DNA of 64,000 nucleotides from Rickettsiales bacterium (GTDB lineage Bacteria > Pseudomonadota > Alphaproteobacteria > UBA8366). Location: contig JAYPOZ010000003.1 in assembly GCA_038131165.1 (NCBI GenBank), positions 26,678 to 90,677 on the forward strand, written 5' to 3'. Positions 8,070 to 18,161 of this stretch are shown here, in pieces. Both the position numbers and the translations under genes were made by a program. Below the pieces are notes generated by a model. The model was not told the DNA's origin. It worked only from the letters and a program-made list of their open reading frames with translations, and did no database searches. Position 1 is the first letter of the stretch. Every line of letters starts with the position of its first letter.

Positions 8070-9416
8070 ATGAGAGAAGGCAGTCTTGATGCGCCCGTGC
8101 GCCACCCTTTGGCCTGGACCGAAGAGGATTTCTATGACGAGCAGACGCTCGACGCAGAACTTCGCCGGGTCTTCGATATCTGCCATGGATGCCGGCGGTG
8201 CTTTAACCTATGTGACAGTTTTCCACGGCTTTTCGATCTGATCGACGACTCGGAATCCGGAGAGCTCGATTCCGTCGACAGCAAGGACTTCAAGCCAGTC
8301 GTCGATGCCTGCACGCTGTGCGACATGTGTTTCATGACAAAATGTCCCTACGTGCCGCCGCACGACTTCAATCTCGATTTCCCCCATTTGATGCTGCGCT
8401 ACCGCGCGGTGGAGCAACGCAAGGGCATGATCGGCACCATCGACCGGGAACTGACCAAGACGGACCGCAATGGACGCGTCGCCGGGCGGATGTCGGCGGT
8501 CGCGAATTGGGCCTCGAAGACCGGGAACACTTTGACCCGCCCGGTCATGGAAACGGTAGCCGGCATCGACCGAAACGCGGAATTACCCAAATTCCACGCC
8601 AAGACATTCGAATCACGGGCCAAATCGGCGCCGCCGGCCGTCAACGCCGAAGCCCCCGCCAAAGACCGCAAGGCCGTGCTCTACGCAACCTGTTTCGCCA
8701 ATTACAACAGCCCCGAGATCGGCATCGCCGCGCAGGGGGTTCTCGCCCTCAACGGGGTCGAGACCGAAGTCGTCTATCCCGGTTGCTGCGGCATGCCGCA
8801 GTTGGAACAGGGCGATATCGCCAGCGTCGCGAAAAGCGCCGAGACGGTCGCGGCCGAACTGGCGCCCTGGATCGACAAGGGATACGACGTCATCGCCCTG
8901 GTCCCGAGTTGCGCCTTGATGCTGAAATTCGAGTGGCCGCTGATCCTGCCGGGCAATGCGGCCATCGGGAAGCTTGCCAATGCCAGTTTCGACATTACGG
9001 AGTATATCGTGGATATCGCCAAGAAAGAGGGGCTCGCCGACGGCTTGTCTCCCTTGGACGGCGGGGTCGCGGTGCATTTCGCCTGCCACGCCCGCGCCCA
9101 GAACATGGGAGCCAAGGCGGCGGAGATGATGCGCCTGGTGCCGGGGTCGGATGTAACCGTAATCGAACGTTGTTCCGGCCACGGCGGGTCCTGGGGCATC
9201 AAGAAAGACAATTTCGAAACCGCCATCAAGATCGGCCGGCCGGCGACGCGCCAGGCCCTGGAGAGCGGCAAGAAGCATGTGGTTTCCGAATGCCCCTTGG
9301 CCGGCATGCATATTGGCCAGGGCATCGGCCGTCTCGCGGAGAGCGATGCCCCAGCCTACAAGATCGCGGCGCATCCGATCGTGCTGTTCGCACGCGCCTA
9401 CGGCGTGGATGTCTGA
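8070..9416 (+). CDS. (Fe-S)-binding oxidoreductase, HdrD/GlpC-like (ferredoxin-type clusters plus CCG domains)
   Basis: [11 protein letters not shown] and [13 protein letters not shown] cluster motifs in the N-terminal part. C-terminal halves carry YPGCCGMP (CCG motif) and a second degenerate copy (ERCSGHGG). Confidence 0.8.
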   Translation: MREGSLDAPVRHPLAWTEEDFYDEQTLDAELRRVFDICHGCRRCFNLCDSFPRLFDLIDDSESGELDSVDSKDFKPVVDACTLCDMCFMTKCPYVPPHDFNLDFPHLMLRYRAVEQRKGMIGTIDRELTKTDRNGRVAGRMSAVANWASKTGNTLTRPVMETVAGIDRNAELPKFHAKTFESRAKSAPPAVNAEAPAKDRKAVLYATCFANYNSPEIGIAAQGVLALNGVETEVVYPGCCGMPQLEQGDIASVAKSAETVAAELAPWIDKGYDVIALVPSCALMLKFEWPLILPGNAAIGKLANASFDITEYIVDIAKKEGLADGLSPLDGGVAVHFACHARAQNMGAKAAEMMRLVPGSDVTVIERCSGHGGSWGIKKDNFETAIKIGRPATRQALESGKKHVVSECPLAGMHIGQGIGRLAESDAPAYKIAAHPIVLFARAYGVDV

Positions 9417-9444
9417 CGCTTTGGCCGCCTTAAAGGAGCAAGTC

Positions 9445-10035
9445 ATGTCGACGAGAACCGAACTCACCCGCGACGACATCATGCCGATGGAAGAATATGC
9501 GAAGATTCGCAAACAGCGGCGCAGCGATATCGTCGCGGCCAAACGCAATCGGCGGATGGAGATCGGCCCCGTTGCTGTCTGCCATTTCGAGAGCTACGAC
9601 AGCATGTGGCAACAGGTCCACGAGATGCTGTACATCGAGCGCGGCGGAGAAGAACAGATTGACGACGAACTGAATGCCTATAACCCGCTGATTCCGAAAG
9701 GACGGGAGCTGGTCTGCACCGTCATGTTCGAAATCGACGAGCCGGCCCGGCGAAAAGTATTTCTCGCGAAGCTGGGCGGCGTCGAGGAGACCATGACCAT
9801 CGAGTTCGCCGGAGAGATCGTCGCCGGTGTGCCGGAGGCCGATGTGGATCGCACCACCGCCGACGGCAAGGCCTCTTCCGTTCAGTTCCTACATTTCCCT
9901 TTCACGGACGCGCAAGTCGCCGCCTTCAAGACGGAAGGGACCCAAGTCGTCGTCGGGTTCAAGCATCCGGAATACGCGCATCTGGCGGTGATGCCCGAAG
10001 CGACCCGCGCGGCCCTGGCGAAAGATTTCGCTTAA
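9445..10035 (+). CDS. DUF3501 family protein
   Basis: ORF 9277..10035 trimmed to ATG 9445 with aaggag 8 nt upstream. MSTRTELTRDDIMPMEEYAKIRKQRRSDIVAAKRNRRMEIGP...HFESYDSMWQQVHEML resembles DUF3501. My recollection is that this family typically follows rubrerythrin/Fe-S oxidoreductase pairs. Confidence 0.7.
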   Translation: MSTRTELTRDDIMPMEEYAKIRKQRRSDIVAAKRNRRMEIGPVAVCHFESYDSMWQQVHEMLYIERGGEEQIDDELNAYNPLIPKGRELVCTVMFEIDEPARRKVFLAKLGGVEETMTIEFAGEIVAGVPEADVDRTTADGKASSVQFLHFPFTDAQVAAFKTEGTQVVVGFKHPEYAHLAVMPEATRAALAKDFA

Positions 10036-10054
10036 GTCCCTACGGCCGGCCCGA

Positions 10055-10612
10055 TCAGGGAAGAATTTCGTCTTTGCGGATGCCCCAGAGTCCCTCGCGG
10101 CGCAGCCAACCTTCGTAACCGTCGACTTCGACGCGGCACCACACGGGCGTGCATTCCCCGAGTTCCGCGACGATGCCGCGCGCAAGACGCGCCACCGCCG
10201 GCGCCTCGTCGCTCGAGCGTCGGCGTAAGGTTGCGGTGCGGCCGGTCACGATGACGCTGCGGCGGCTCGACAGCATGGCCCGGTGGACCCAGCCTTCCGC
10301 CCCCTCCCAATCTCGGATTTTCCGCCAAGTATCGTATTCCTGGACGACTTCAACGGGAATCGCCTTTTGTCGAAACACCCATTTGACTGGATAGCGCACG
10401 CCCGGACCGACCCGGACGTTCACTTCGTCCGACCGCAAGGAGACGAAGCGCCGTTGCGTGGCCCGCTTGGGACGCTCGCGCAGCGGATCATCCGCCTGCG
10501 CCGTTTGCCACTCCCGAGACGGCGTATCATCCATCCAAGACGACGCGGCGCCGGTGCTCACAAGGGCGAGCGCCGCAAAGGCTGCGATTGCGCCGAGAAA
10601 CCTAAGAGCCAT
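10055..10612 (-). CDS. Secreted tandem bacterial SH3 domain protein (DUF1058-like)
   Basis: Signal peptide MALRFLGAIAAFAALALVS. Two SH3b-like units (VNVRVGPGVRYPVKWVF...WRKIRDWEGAEGWVH and ATLRRR...VWCRVEVDGYEGWL). Confidence 0.75.
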   Translation of the reverse strand: MALRFLGAIAAFAALALVSTGAASSWMDDTPSREWQTAQADDPLRERPKRATQRRFVSLRSDEVNVRVGPGVRYPVKWVFRQKAIPVEVVQEYDTWRKIRDWEGAEGWVHRAMLSSRRSVIVTGRTATLRRRSSDEAPAVARLARGIVAELGECTPVWCRVEVDGYEGWLRREGLWGIRKDEILP

Positions 10613-10694
10613 CGGCGGCCTTTACCTCGCCGAGACTGGACAAGACAAGCCTGCGCCGTGTAAATGCGACGAATTGGGATCGCCGAGATTGGGC

Positions 10695-11681
10695 ATGAAC
10701 GGAAAAAAACCTCTCGTCATCGTTACTCGAAAACTGCCCGACGCCATCGAGACGCGGATGATGGAACTCTTTCAGACGCGCCTCAACCTGGAAGACACGC
10801 CCATGTCGCAGGCGGAACTCGGCGCCGCGGCGGCGGAAGCCGATGTCCTGGTTCCGACGGTCACGGACCGCATCAATGCGGAGATATTGTCTCAGGCGGG
10901 GGACAACCTCAAGCTCATCGCCTCGTTCGGCACCGGGATAGATCACATCGACTTCGCCGCCGCCCGGGCGAAGGGGATTACCGTCACCAATACCCCCGGT
11001 GTGTTGACCCAGGATACCGCCGATATGACCATGGCGCTCATCCTGGCGGTTCCGCGCCGGCTTTCCGAAGGTGAACGGCTGGTACGCGCCGGGAAATGGG
11101 ACGGATGGGGCCCGACTTTGATGTTGGGCCACCGCATCTGGGGAAAACGGCTCGGCATTGTCGGCATGGGCCGAATCGGTCAAGCGGTGGCGCACCGGGC
11201 GCGCGGCTTCGGTCTTTCCATCCATTACCACAACCGGCGGCGGGTCCATCCGGAGACCGAAGAGGATCTTGAGGCGACCTATTGGGAGAGCCTCGATCAG
11301 ATGTTGGCGCATATGGACATCATTTCGATCAATTGTCCGCATACGCCGGCCACTTTCCATCTGCTCTCCGAGCGGCGTCTGCGACTGGTCAAGCCGCACG
11401 CCTATATCGTCAACACAAGCCGCGGCGAAGTCATCGACGAGAACGCCCTCACGCGGATGCTCGCGAACGGAGAGATCGCCGGCGCGGGACTGGACGTCTT
11501 CGAGCATGAGCCCGCAGTCAATCCTAAACTGTTGCGGCTGGAGAATGTCATTCTGATTCCGCATATGGGTTCGGCCACGCTCGAAGGTCGTCTCGACATG
11601 GGCGAAAAAGTCATCGTCAACATCAAAACCTTTGCCGACGGCCACACGCCGCCCGACCGCGTTCTGGAGACGATGTTTTAG
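10695..11681 (+). CDS. D-isomer-specific 2-hydroxyacid dehydrogenase (glyoxylate/hydroxypyruvate reductase-like)
   Basis: ORF 10458..11681 trimmed to ATG 10695 (MNGKKPLVIVTRKLP). NAD fold GIVGMGRIGQAVAHRARGFG. Catalytic region NTSRGEVIDE...GAGLDVFEHEP...PHMGSAT. Confidence 0.85.
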   Translation: MNGKKPLVIVTRKLPDAIETRMMELFQTRLNLEDTPMSQAELGAAAAEADVLVPTVTDRINAEILSQAGDNLKLIASFGTGIDHIDFAAARAKGITVTNTPGVLTQDTADMTMALILAVPRRLSEGERLVRAGKWDGWGPTLMLGHRIWGKRLGIVGMGRIGQAVAHRARGFGLSIHYHNRRRVHPETEEDLEATYWESLDQMLAHMDIISINCPHTPATFHLLSERRLRLVKPHAYIVNTSRGEVIDENALTRMLANGEIAGAGLDVFEHEPAVNPKLLRLENVILIPHMGSATLEGRLDMGEKVIVNIKTFADGHTPPDRVLETMF

Positions 11682-11706
11682 ACACGGTGGGGTTTCAGGG
11701 TGCCGG

Positions 11707-12510
11707 CTATTCCGCCGCCGCCGCACTTTCCAAACTGGTAATTGTGGGGTTGGCGCCGCAGAGCGCGCAGGCCGGATCTCGCTTGACCTTCAGGCCCCGG
11801 GTGTCCGAGTTCAGCGCATCGTACAACACGAGCCGGCCGGCCAGACTGCGGCCGAGGCCGAGCAGTTCCTTCAGGGCTTCCGTCGCCTGCATCGTGCCGA
11901 GGACGCCGGCGACCGAGCCGAAGATTCCCGCCTGCTCGCAACGCGACACCATTCCGGGCGCTGGCGGGTGCGGAAAAATACAACGGTAGCAAGGATTCTC
12001 GCCTTCTTCGTAAGCCTTGATCGTCGTGATCTGCCCTTCGAATCTGAGCAGCGCTGCCGAAACCAGCGGCGTCTTGGTCAGGAAACAGGCGTCGTTGACC
12101 ATATAACGGGTGTCGAAATTATCGCTGCCGTCGAGTACCAAATCGTATTGCGATATCAACTCGAGAGCATTCGCGGGCGCGATCCGATAGGGATGCTTCT
12201 GCACTTTGGTTTCGGGATTGATCGAGTGCAGACGGTCGGCGGCGCTGTCGACTTTCGGCCGGTCTATGTCCTCGGTGCCGTGTACGATTTGGCGCTGCAG
12301 GTTCGTGATGTCGACCACGTCGTCGTCGACCACGCCGAGCGTTCCTACCCCGGCGGCGCCGAGATACATCAGCACCGGAGAGCCCAGGCCCCCCGCACCG
12401 ACAACCAGCACTTTCGATTGCAGCAGCTTGATCTGGCCTTCCTCGCCGACCTCGTCGAGGACGACGTGGCGCGCATAGCGCATTAATTGCTCGTCGCTGA
12501 TTTCGTCCAT
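11707..12510 (-). CDS. moeB: HesA/MoeB/ThiF-family adenylyltransferase (E1-like), probable MoeB
   Basis: RYARHVVLDEVGEEGQIKLLQSKVLVVGAGGLGSP nucleotide-binding motif. Two CxxC pairs (CYRC, CALC). No rhodanese extension. Confidence 0.75.
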   Translation of the reverse strand: MDEISDEQLMRYARHVVLDEVGEEGQIKLLQSKVLVVGAGGLGSPVLMYLGAAGVGTLGVVDDDVVDITNLQRQIVHGTEDIDRPKVDSAADRLHSINPETKVQKHPYRIAPANALELISQYDLVLDGSDNFDTRYMVNDACFLTKTPLVSAALLRFEGQITTIKAYEEGENPCYRCIFPHPPAPGMVSRCEQAGIFGSVAGVLGTMQATEALKELLGLGRSLAGRLVLYDALNSDTRGLKVKRDPACALCGANPTITSLESAAAAE

Positions 12511-12517
12511 CTAAGCC

Positions 12518-13495
12518 TCACAATTTGTCGAACAGAGGGGTCGACAGATACCGCTCCGCAAAAGACGGGATGACGACCACGACGCGGCGGCCCGCCATCT
12601 CGGGCCGCTCCGCAAGCTCCAGCGCCGCCGCGATGGCCGCCCCGCCGGAAATGCCGACCGGCACCCCTTCCAACGCCGCCGTCCGGCGCGCGGTCCGAAA
12701 CGCCGTCTCGTTGGCGATCGGTATCACTTCGTCGATGAGGGATGTGTCGAGGATGGACGGCACGAAGCCGGCGCCGATCCCTTCGATCATATGATGCCCC
12801 GGCAGGCCGCCCGACAGCACCTGGCTATCCTCGGGCTCGACGGCGACGATTTGGATGTCGGGGTTCAGCGCTTTGAGCGCTTGGCCGCATCCGGTCAGCG
12901 TGCCCCCGGTCCCGACGCTGGTGACAAGGGCATCGATCCGCCCGCCCGTATCGCGCCAGATTTCCACCGCGGTTGTAGAGCGGTGAATGTCCGGGTTGGC
13001 GGGATTGTCGAATTGCTGCGGCATCACTGCGTCCGGCAGTCCCCGCACCAGTTCCTCCGCCCGCGCGATCGCTCCCCGCATGCCCTGGTCGGCGGGGGTC
13101 AGTTCGAGCTTGGCACCGAGGAACAACAGCATGCGGCGGCGTTCCATCGACATCGATTCCGGCATCGTCAGAATAAGCCGGTACCCTTTCGCAGCGGCGA
13201 CGAACGCCAGCGCAATGCCGGTATTTCCCGATGTCGGCTCGACCAGGACCGTGTTCTCGGTGATCCGGCCTTCTTGCTCCAACGCCTCGATCATCGCCAA
13301 GCCGATCCGGTCCTTGACCGAGCCAAGCGGATTGAAAAACTCCAGCTTCGCCAGAAGCTCCGCACCCGCCTCGGCTGCGGCCATCAATCGCGAAAGACGC
13401 ACCAGCGGCGTCCCGCCGATGGTGTCAAGAATGCTGTCGCAAATCCGCTCCGTGTCCGCGTCCGTTTCTTCAATTTCCTGCAGCGACGGCGCCAT
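12518..13495 (-). CDS. cysK: Cysteine synthase / O-acetylserine sulfhydrylase family PLP enzyme
   Basis: PLP lysine context NPLGSVKDR, Asn-loop [12 protein letters not shown], phosphate loop [10 protein letters not shown]. Confidence 0.8.
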   Translation of the reverse strand: MAPSLQEIEETDADTERICDSILDTIGGTPLVRLSRLMAAAEAGAELLAKLEFFNPLGSVKDRIGLAMIEALEQEGRITENTVLVEPTSGNTGIALAFVAAAKGYRLILTMPESMSMERRRMLLFLGAKLELTPADQGMRGAIARAEELVRGLPDAVMPQQFDNPANPDIHRSTTAVEIWRDTGGRIDALVTSVGTGGTLTGCGQALKALNPDIQIVAVEPEDSQVLSGGLPGHHMIEGIGAGFVPSILDTSLIDEVIPIANETAFRTARRTAALEGVPVGISGGAAIAAALELAERPEMAGRRVVVVIPSFAERYLSTPLFDKL

Positions 13496-13509
13496 GCATC
13501 TGCTTTCCG

Positions 13510-13968
13510 TTAGATCGCGAAATCGAGCTCGACCGGGGGACTGCTGCCTTCGACGCCGGATTCGCGCGCGCTCCGGCAGAGATCCTCGATGCTGATCTCG
13601 TCGAGTTTCGCCAATGCCTCGTCCTGCAGCTCCTGCCAGATCGGCCGCAGCACTTCGCGCCCCAATTGCGATCCGGTCGAACTCTCGACCGGGTCGGTCG
13701 TGTCCTCCATCGCGGCGACGATGCGGGTGATCTGGCCCAAGGTGACGCGCCGGCGTTCGCGCGCCAGACGGTAGCCGCCGCGGGGGCCCCTGACACCGCG
13801 CAGCACCCCCTCGCGCACCAATTGCTGCAACACCTGCTCCAGATAGCGGCGGGGAATGTCCTGGCGCGTGGCAATGTCCTTGCTCTGCACCGGAATCTCT
13901 GCGGCGTTATAGGCGATATCCACCACGGCTTCGATGGCAAAAATGAGCTTTCGCGAGAGCCGCAGCAT
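13510..13968 (-). CDS. Rrf2-family transcriptional regulator
   Basis: [21 protein letters not shown]...[33 protein letters not shown] is a typical Rrf2 wHTH. I see no three-Cys cluster-ligand set. Confidence 0.85.
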   Translation of the reverse strand: MLRLSRKLIFAIEAVVDIAYNAAEIPVQSKDIATRQDIPRRYLEQVLQQLVREGVLRGVRGPRGGYRLARERRRVTLGQITRIVAAMEDTTDPVESSTGSQLGREVLRPIWQELQDEALAKLDEISIEDLCRSARESGVEGSSPPVELDFAI

Positions 13969-13971
13969 CGG

Positions 13972-14433
13972 TCAGCCGCCCCCCTCCGTGCCGGTCGACC
14001 CAAACCCGCCGGCGCCGCGCGCGCTTTCGCTGAGCGAATGAACGGGGGTCCAAGCAATCCGAACCACCGGCGCCACCACCATCTGCGCGATCCGCATCCC
14101 GCGGGTCACGGTAAAAGGGTCTTGTCCCAGATTGGCCAGTATCACGCCGATCTCACCGCGATAATCCGCATCGATGGTGCCCGGGCTGTTCAACAACGTC
14201 AGTCCGTTCTTCAAGGCCAGCCCCGACCGCGGCCGGACCTGGGCCTCGTAGCCGGGCGGCAGCGCAATCGCAATTCCGGAGGGAACGAGCGCACGGGCAC
14301 CGGGCGCGATTACGACGTCCTCCGGCACCGCAGCCAACAGATCGACCCCGGCGCTGTCCGCGGTGGCATAGGCGGGCAAGGGCAGGTCCTCCGCATGTGC
14401 CAGACGCATGATGTCGACGGAAACTCCGGTCAT
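13972..14433 (-). CDS. dut: dUTP diphosphatase
   Basis: ORF 13972..14817 trimmed to [11 protein letters not shown] (ATG comp. 14431-14433), which overlaps the coaBC stop as ATGA. Motifs [24 protein letters not shown]. Confidence 0.9.
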   Translation of the reverse strand: MTGVSVDIMRLAHAEDLPLPAYATADSAGVDLLAAVPEDVVIAPGARALVPSGIAIALPPGYEAQVRPRSGLALKNGLTLLNSPGTIDADYRGEIGVILANLGQDPFTVTRGMRIAQMVVAPVVRIAWTPVHSLSESARGAGGFGSTGTEGGG

Positions 14434-15653
14434 GCCGCGCCTCCCGTGTGCGCAGCGATATGGGACACAATTCTGTCGGCAAGCCGGCCCGCCACTTCCT
14501 GCTTGGTCAGGCGCGGCCAGTCCTCGACGCCCGCCGCATGCACCAGATGAATGGTATTCGAATCGCCTCCGAAGGTGCCCGTCTCTGGCGAAACGTCGTT
14601 CGCCAGAATCCAGTCGCAGCCTTTGCGTTCTCGCTTGGCAACAGCGTTCGCCACCACGTTCTCGGTCTCGGCAGCGAAGCCGATGACCAGACCTGGCCGA
14701 CGGTTTTGGGCTTTTGCCAGCGTTTGCAGAATATCCGGGTTCTCCGTCAGCCCGAGGGTCGGCGGGCCGCTGCCGTCTTTCTTGAGTTTCTCTGGTGCCG
14801 CGGCAGCGACGCGCCAATCCGAGACTGCGGCAGCGCAGACGGCAATGTCGGCGGGCAGCGCCGCCTGACAGGCCGCGAGCATTTCAACCGCCGAGTCGAC
14901 ATGGACGACCTTGACGCCGCTCGGGTCGGGCAAGGCCACGGGGCCGGTGATGAGCGATGTCTCCGCGCCGAGGCCGGCCAGCGCGGCTGCGATGGCATGT
15001 CCTTGTTTGCCGGACGAATGATTGGAGAGATAACGGACCGGATCGATGGCTTCGCGGGTCGGCCCGCTGGTCACGAGCGCCCGCCGCCCCGCCAGCGGAC
15101 GCGATGTCGGATCCGCGAAATGCGCCTCCACCGCCGCCACGATGGCCATCGGCTCCGACATGCGGCCAAGGCCGTATTCGCCGCACGCCATATCCCCGGC
15201 ATCGGGTCCGACGCGGATCAGTCCGCGGGCCTCCAGCGTCGCGATATTCGCCTGCGTCGCCGCATGCTCCCACATCCGGACGTTCATCGCCGGCGCGAAC
15301 ATAACGGGCTTATCGGTTGCGAGCAGCACCGTCGTCGCCAGATCGTTCGCCAGACCGCCCGCCATTCGTGCCATGAGATCGGCGCTGGCCGGTGCGATCA
15401 GCAGAAGATCGGATTCGCGGGAGAGGCGGATATGCCCCATCTCCGATTCATCGGTCAGCGAGAAAATTTCGGTGTAAACCTTGTCCTCACTTAGTGCCGA
15501 TAAAGAAAGCGGCGTCACGAACTGCGCCCCGCCCGCCGTCAGAACACAGCGAACGGATGCGCCCCGTTCGCGCAGACGCCGTATCAGCTCCAGAGACTTG
15601 TAGGCGGCAATACCGCCCGAGACGATCAGGAGAACGCGCTTCCCGGCGATCAT
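14430..15653 (-). CDS. coaBC: Bifunctional phosphopantothenoylcysteine decarboxylase / phosphopantothenate-cysteine ligase
   Basis: 407 aa. N-terminal flavoprotein [16 protein letters not shown]...PAMN.RMW. C-terminal [24 protein letters not shown]. Confidence 0.9.
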   Translation of the reverse strand: MIAGKRVLLIVSGGIAAYKSLELIRRLRERGASVRCVLTAGGAQFVTPLSLSALSEDKVYTEIFSLTDESEMGHIRLSRESDLLLIAPASADLMARMAGGLANDLATTVLLATDKPVMFAPAMNVRMWEHAATQANIATLEARGLIRVGPDAGDMACGEYGLGRMSEPMAIVAAVEAHFADPTSRPLAGRRALVTSGPTREAIDPVRYLSNHSSGKQGHAIAAALAGLGAETSLITGPVALPDPSGVKVVHVDSAVEMLAACQAALPADIAVCAAAVSDWRVAAAAPEKLKKDGSGPPTLGLTENPDILQTLAKAQNRRPGLVIGFAAETENVVANAVAKRERKGCDWILANDVSPETGTFGGDSNTIHLVHAAGVEDWPRLTKQEVAGRLADRIVSHIAAHTGGAA

Positions 15654-15758
15654 TACCGTTTCCCTTCAGGGCGATGCATTTTCACAAGTTGAAACTGTAT
15701 TTAATATCTCCGCTAGACAAGGACAAGGAGCGGCATCGCAACTTCTCCCGTCGACGCT

Positions 15759-17303
15759 TCATTCCAACACGGAGAGCCCCATCAGCGCGACGGCCAAAAG
15801 CCCAGCGGCCAGAAGCGCCCAGTAGCGCCACGTGCCTCCGCGTTCGCGCGCACGAAACGCTTCGACGGTCTCGGGATGCAGGCGCAAACCCTCCGCGGAG
15901 ATCATTTCCGCCGCCGTATCCATCTTGGCGAGGTAGATCGGTAACTTCTCGATACCGCGCGCCACTTCCCGGGCCAGATCGCGAATCCGCGCTTCGGGGC
16001 CGCGGTTCTCCCGGACCCATTCGACGATCAGGGGCTCCGCCATCATCCAGATGTTGGTGTCCGGGTCGAGTTTCCGCCCGACCCCTTCGGCCACCAGCAT
16101 GGTTTTCTGCAACAGCAGGAGTTGGGGTTGGGTTTCCATCTCGAACGTCCGCGTGACCTGGAAGAGCTGGCCGAGCAGCCGGGCAATGGAAATTTCGTTC
16201 TGCGGCCGACCGAGAATCGGCTCCGCAATCGCGCGGCAGGCCTGGCTGAACGCGCCCAGGGACTTGTCGGCGGGCACATAGCCGGCAAGAAAATGAATCT
16301 CGGCCACCCGGTAATAGTCGCGTTGCAGAAACGCGACGAGCATGTCGGCGAGAAAGTGCCGGGTCTGCCGGTCGAGCCGTCCCATGATTCCGAAGTCGAC
16401 AGGGCTAAGTACACCGTCGGTTGCGACGAACATATTTCCGGGATGCATGTCCGCATGAAAGAATCCGTCCCGGAACACCTGATTGAAAAAGGCCCGCGCG
16501 GACCGCGCCAGAACTTCCGCCGGCACCAAGCCGGCAGCGATCAGCCGGTCGATCTCGTCGATGGGAATGCCGTCGACCCGCTCCAGCGTCAGGACGCGGC
16601 GCGACGTCCGAGTCCAATCCACAGCCGGGATGCGAAATTCAGGATCCGCGGCAAAATTTTCGGCCAATTCGCCGGCGGCCGCCGCTTCGAGACGTAGGTC
16701 CATCTCGAGCGTAACCGTCTCCTCGAAATTGCGCACGATCTCCACCGGCTTCAGCCGCCGCAGCGCCGGGAAGAAGCCTTCCAGCCTCCGCGCCAGCCAA
16801 TAGAAGAAGGCGATATCGCGACCGAAGGCATCTTCAATGCCGGGCCGCAGTATCTTGACCGCCACATCAACGCCGCCGTGAAGCCGGGCAAAATGAACCT
16901 GGGCGATGGAGGCCGCCGCCGTGGGCTGTTCCTCGAAATGCTCGAACAGCTCCGCCGGGCCGAGCCCAAATTCGTGCTTCAGCGTCGCCGTGGCCTCGGC
17001 GGAAGAGAAGGGCGGCAAGTCGTCCTGCAAGGCGGAAAGGTCGTCCGCAACACCGTCGCCGATCAGATCGCCCCGCACGGCTAGCGATTGACCGAGCTTG
17101 ATGAAGGTTGGGCCGAGCGACTGCAACGCCCGCGCGAGCCGTTCGCCCGGACGCTGTCCTTTGGCGCTTCCCTCGATCAGACGCAGAAGCACGGTCAGCC
17201 ACCGGGGCGCACCGAACGCTTCCAGCGGAAACAGCGCCCCGTGACGGGCGAGGGTCCAGACCAGTCGGCACAGGCGATACGGATGGGAAAGGCCGAAGCT
17301 CAT
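15759..17303 (-). CDS. ubiB: Ubiquinone biosynthesis protein UbiB (ABC1/aarF kinase-like)
   Basis: ORF 15759..17324; start moved to MSFGLSHPYRL (comp. 17301-17303), which has AGGAG 7 nt upstream. Motifs FIKLGQSLAVRGDL, ASIAQVH, FHADMHPGNMF. C-terminal TM helix. Confidence 0.9.
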   Translation of the reverse strand: MSFGLSHPYRLCRLVWTLARHGALFPLEAFGAPRWLTVLLRLIEGSAKGQRPGERLARALQSLGPTFIKLGQSLAVRGDLIGDGVADDLSALQDDLPPFSSAEATATLKHEFGLGPAELFEHFEEQPTAAASIAQVHFARLHGGVDVAVKILRPGIEDAFGRDIAFFYWLARRLEGFFPALRRLKPVEIVRNFEETVTLEMDLRLEAAAAGELAENFAADPEFRIPAVDWTRTSRRVLTLERVDGIPIDEIDRLIAAGLVPAEVLARSARAFFNQVFRDGFFHADMHPGNMFVATDGVLSPVDFGIMGRLDRQTRHFLADMLVAFLQRDYYRVAEIHFLAGYVPADKSLGAFSQACRAIAEPILGRPQNEISIARLLGQLFQVTRTFEMETQPQLLLLQKTMLVAEGVGRKLDPDTNIWMMAEPLIVEWVRENRGPEARIRDLAREVARGIEKLPIYLAKMDTAAEMISAEGLRLHPETVEAFRARERGGTWRYWALLAAGLLAVALMGLSVLE

Positions 17304-17336
17304 CTCTGCGCTCCTCGCCACCACCGCGGGGAGCGG

Positions 17337-18113
17337 CTAGAGACGCCAGCCATCATGGATGGCGGCGATGCCGCGCGTGAGGTTGCGGAAGGAGACGCGC
17401 TCGAAGCCGACGGCTTCCATCCGCGCCGCGAGATCGGCCTGGGCGGGAAAGCGCCGAATGCTCTCGACGAGATAACGGTAGGAATCCGCGTCGTCCGCGA
17501 CGAGGCGGCCGAGCGTCGGTAGCACGCCGAAGGAAAACCGGTCGTAAAGATCACTCAGCAGCGGGCTTTCCACATGACTGAACTCAAGACAGAGAAACCG
17601 GCCGCCCGGCCTCAGCACGCGGTGTGCTTCGGCCAGGGCTGCGTCGATGCGCGTCACGTTCCGCAGGCCGAAGGCGATGGTATAGGCTTCGACGGAATCG
17701 TCCGGCAGCGGCAGCGCTTCGGCATCGCCCACGACCCAATCGATGCCGCGATGCTTGTTCCGGTCGATGGCGCGGTTGCGGCCGACCGAGACCATGGCCT
17801 GATTGATGTCGCACACCGTCACCCGGCCGCCGCCGGCGTCGACAAACCGACCCGCGATGTCGCCGGTCCCACCGGCCACATCGAGCAGATGCATGCCGGC
17901 GCGAGGACGCAGCTGATCGATCAAACTGCTCTTCCACAGCCGGTGGATTCCCCCGGACATCAGATCGTTCATCAGGTCGTACCGGTCGGCCACGCTGTCG
18001 AACACGTCGCGGACCAAAGCCGATTTTTCGTCAGCATCCACTTCGCGGTACCCGAAATGGGTTCGCGCTGTGCCGTCGTCTTCGGTATGATGCATGTCTT
18101 CCGACCGTTTCAT
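17337..18113 (-). CDS. ubiE: Demethylmenaquinone/ubiquinone C-methyltransferase UbiE
   Basis: THFGYREV...[25 protein letters not shown] and the SAM motif [11 protein letters not shown]. The start could also be the internal Met at 18095. Confidence 0.9.
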   Translation of the reverse strand: MKRSEDMHHTEDDGTARTHFGYREVDADEKSALVRDVFDSVADRYDLMNDLMSGGIHRLWKSSLIDQLRPRAGMHLLDVAGGTGDIAGRFVDAGGGRVTVCDINQAMVSVGRNRAIDRNKHRGIDWVVGDAEALPLPDDSVEAYTIAFGLRNVTRIDAALAEAHRVLRPGGRFLCLEFSHVESPLLSDLYDRFSFGVLPTLGRLVADDADSYRYLVESIRRFPAQADLAARMEAVGFERVSFRNLTRGIAAIHDGWRL

Positions 18114-18161
18114 GGCCGCGACGATAGCCTAGGGCGTTCGGCTTTGCTAGAACCTCGGACG

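Noticed and set aside
17574-18161. 196-codon N-terminal extension of the mutM ORF. Analogous upstream extensions occur for dut (14434..14817), glnD (60683..61066), the 2-hydroxyacid dehydrogenase (10458..10694) and the DUF3501 gene (9277..9444).
   Set aside because: The extensions overlap the neighbouring genes and lack homology-like sequence. The internal starts give canonical N-termini (MPELPEVE for Fpg, MTGVSV with ATGA coupling for Dut, and so on).
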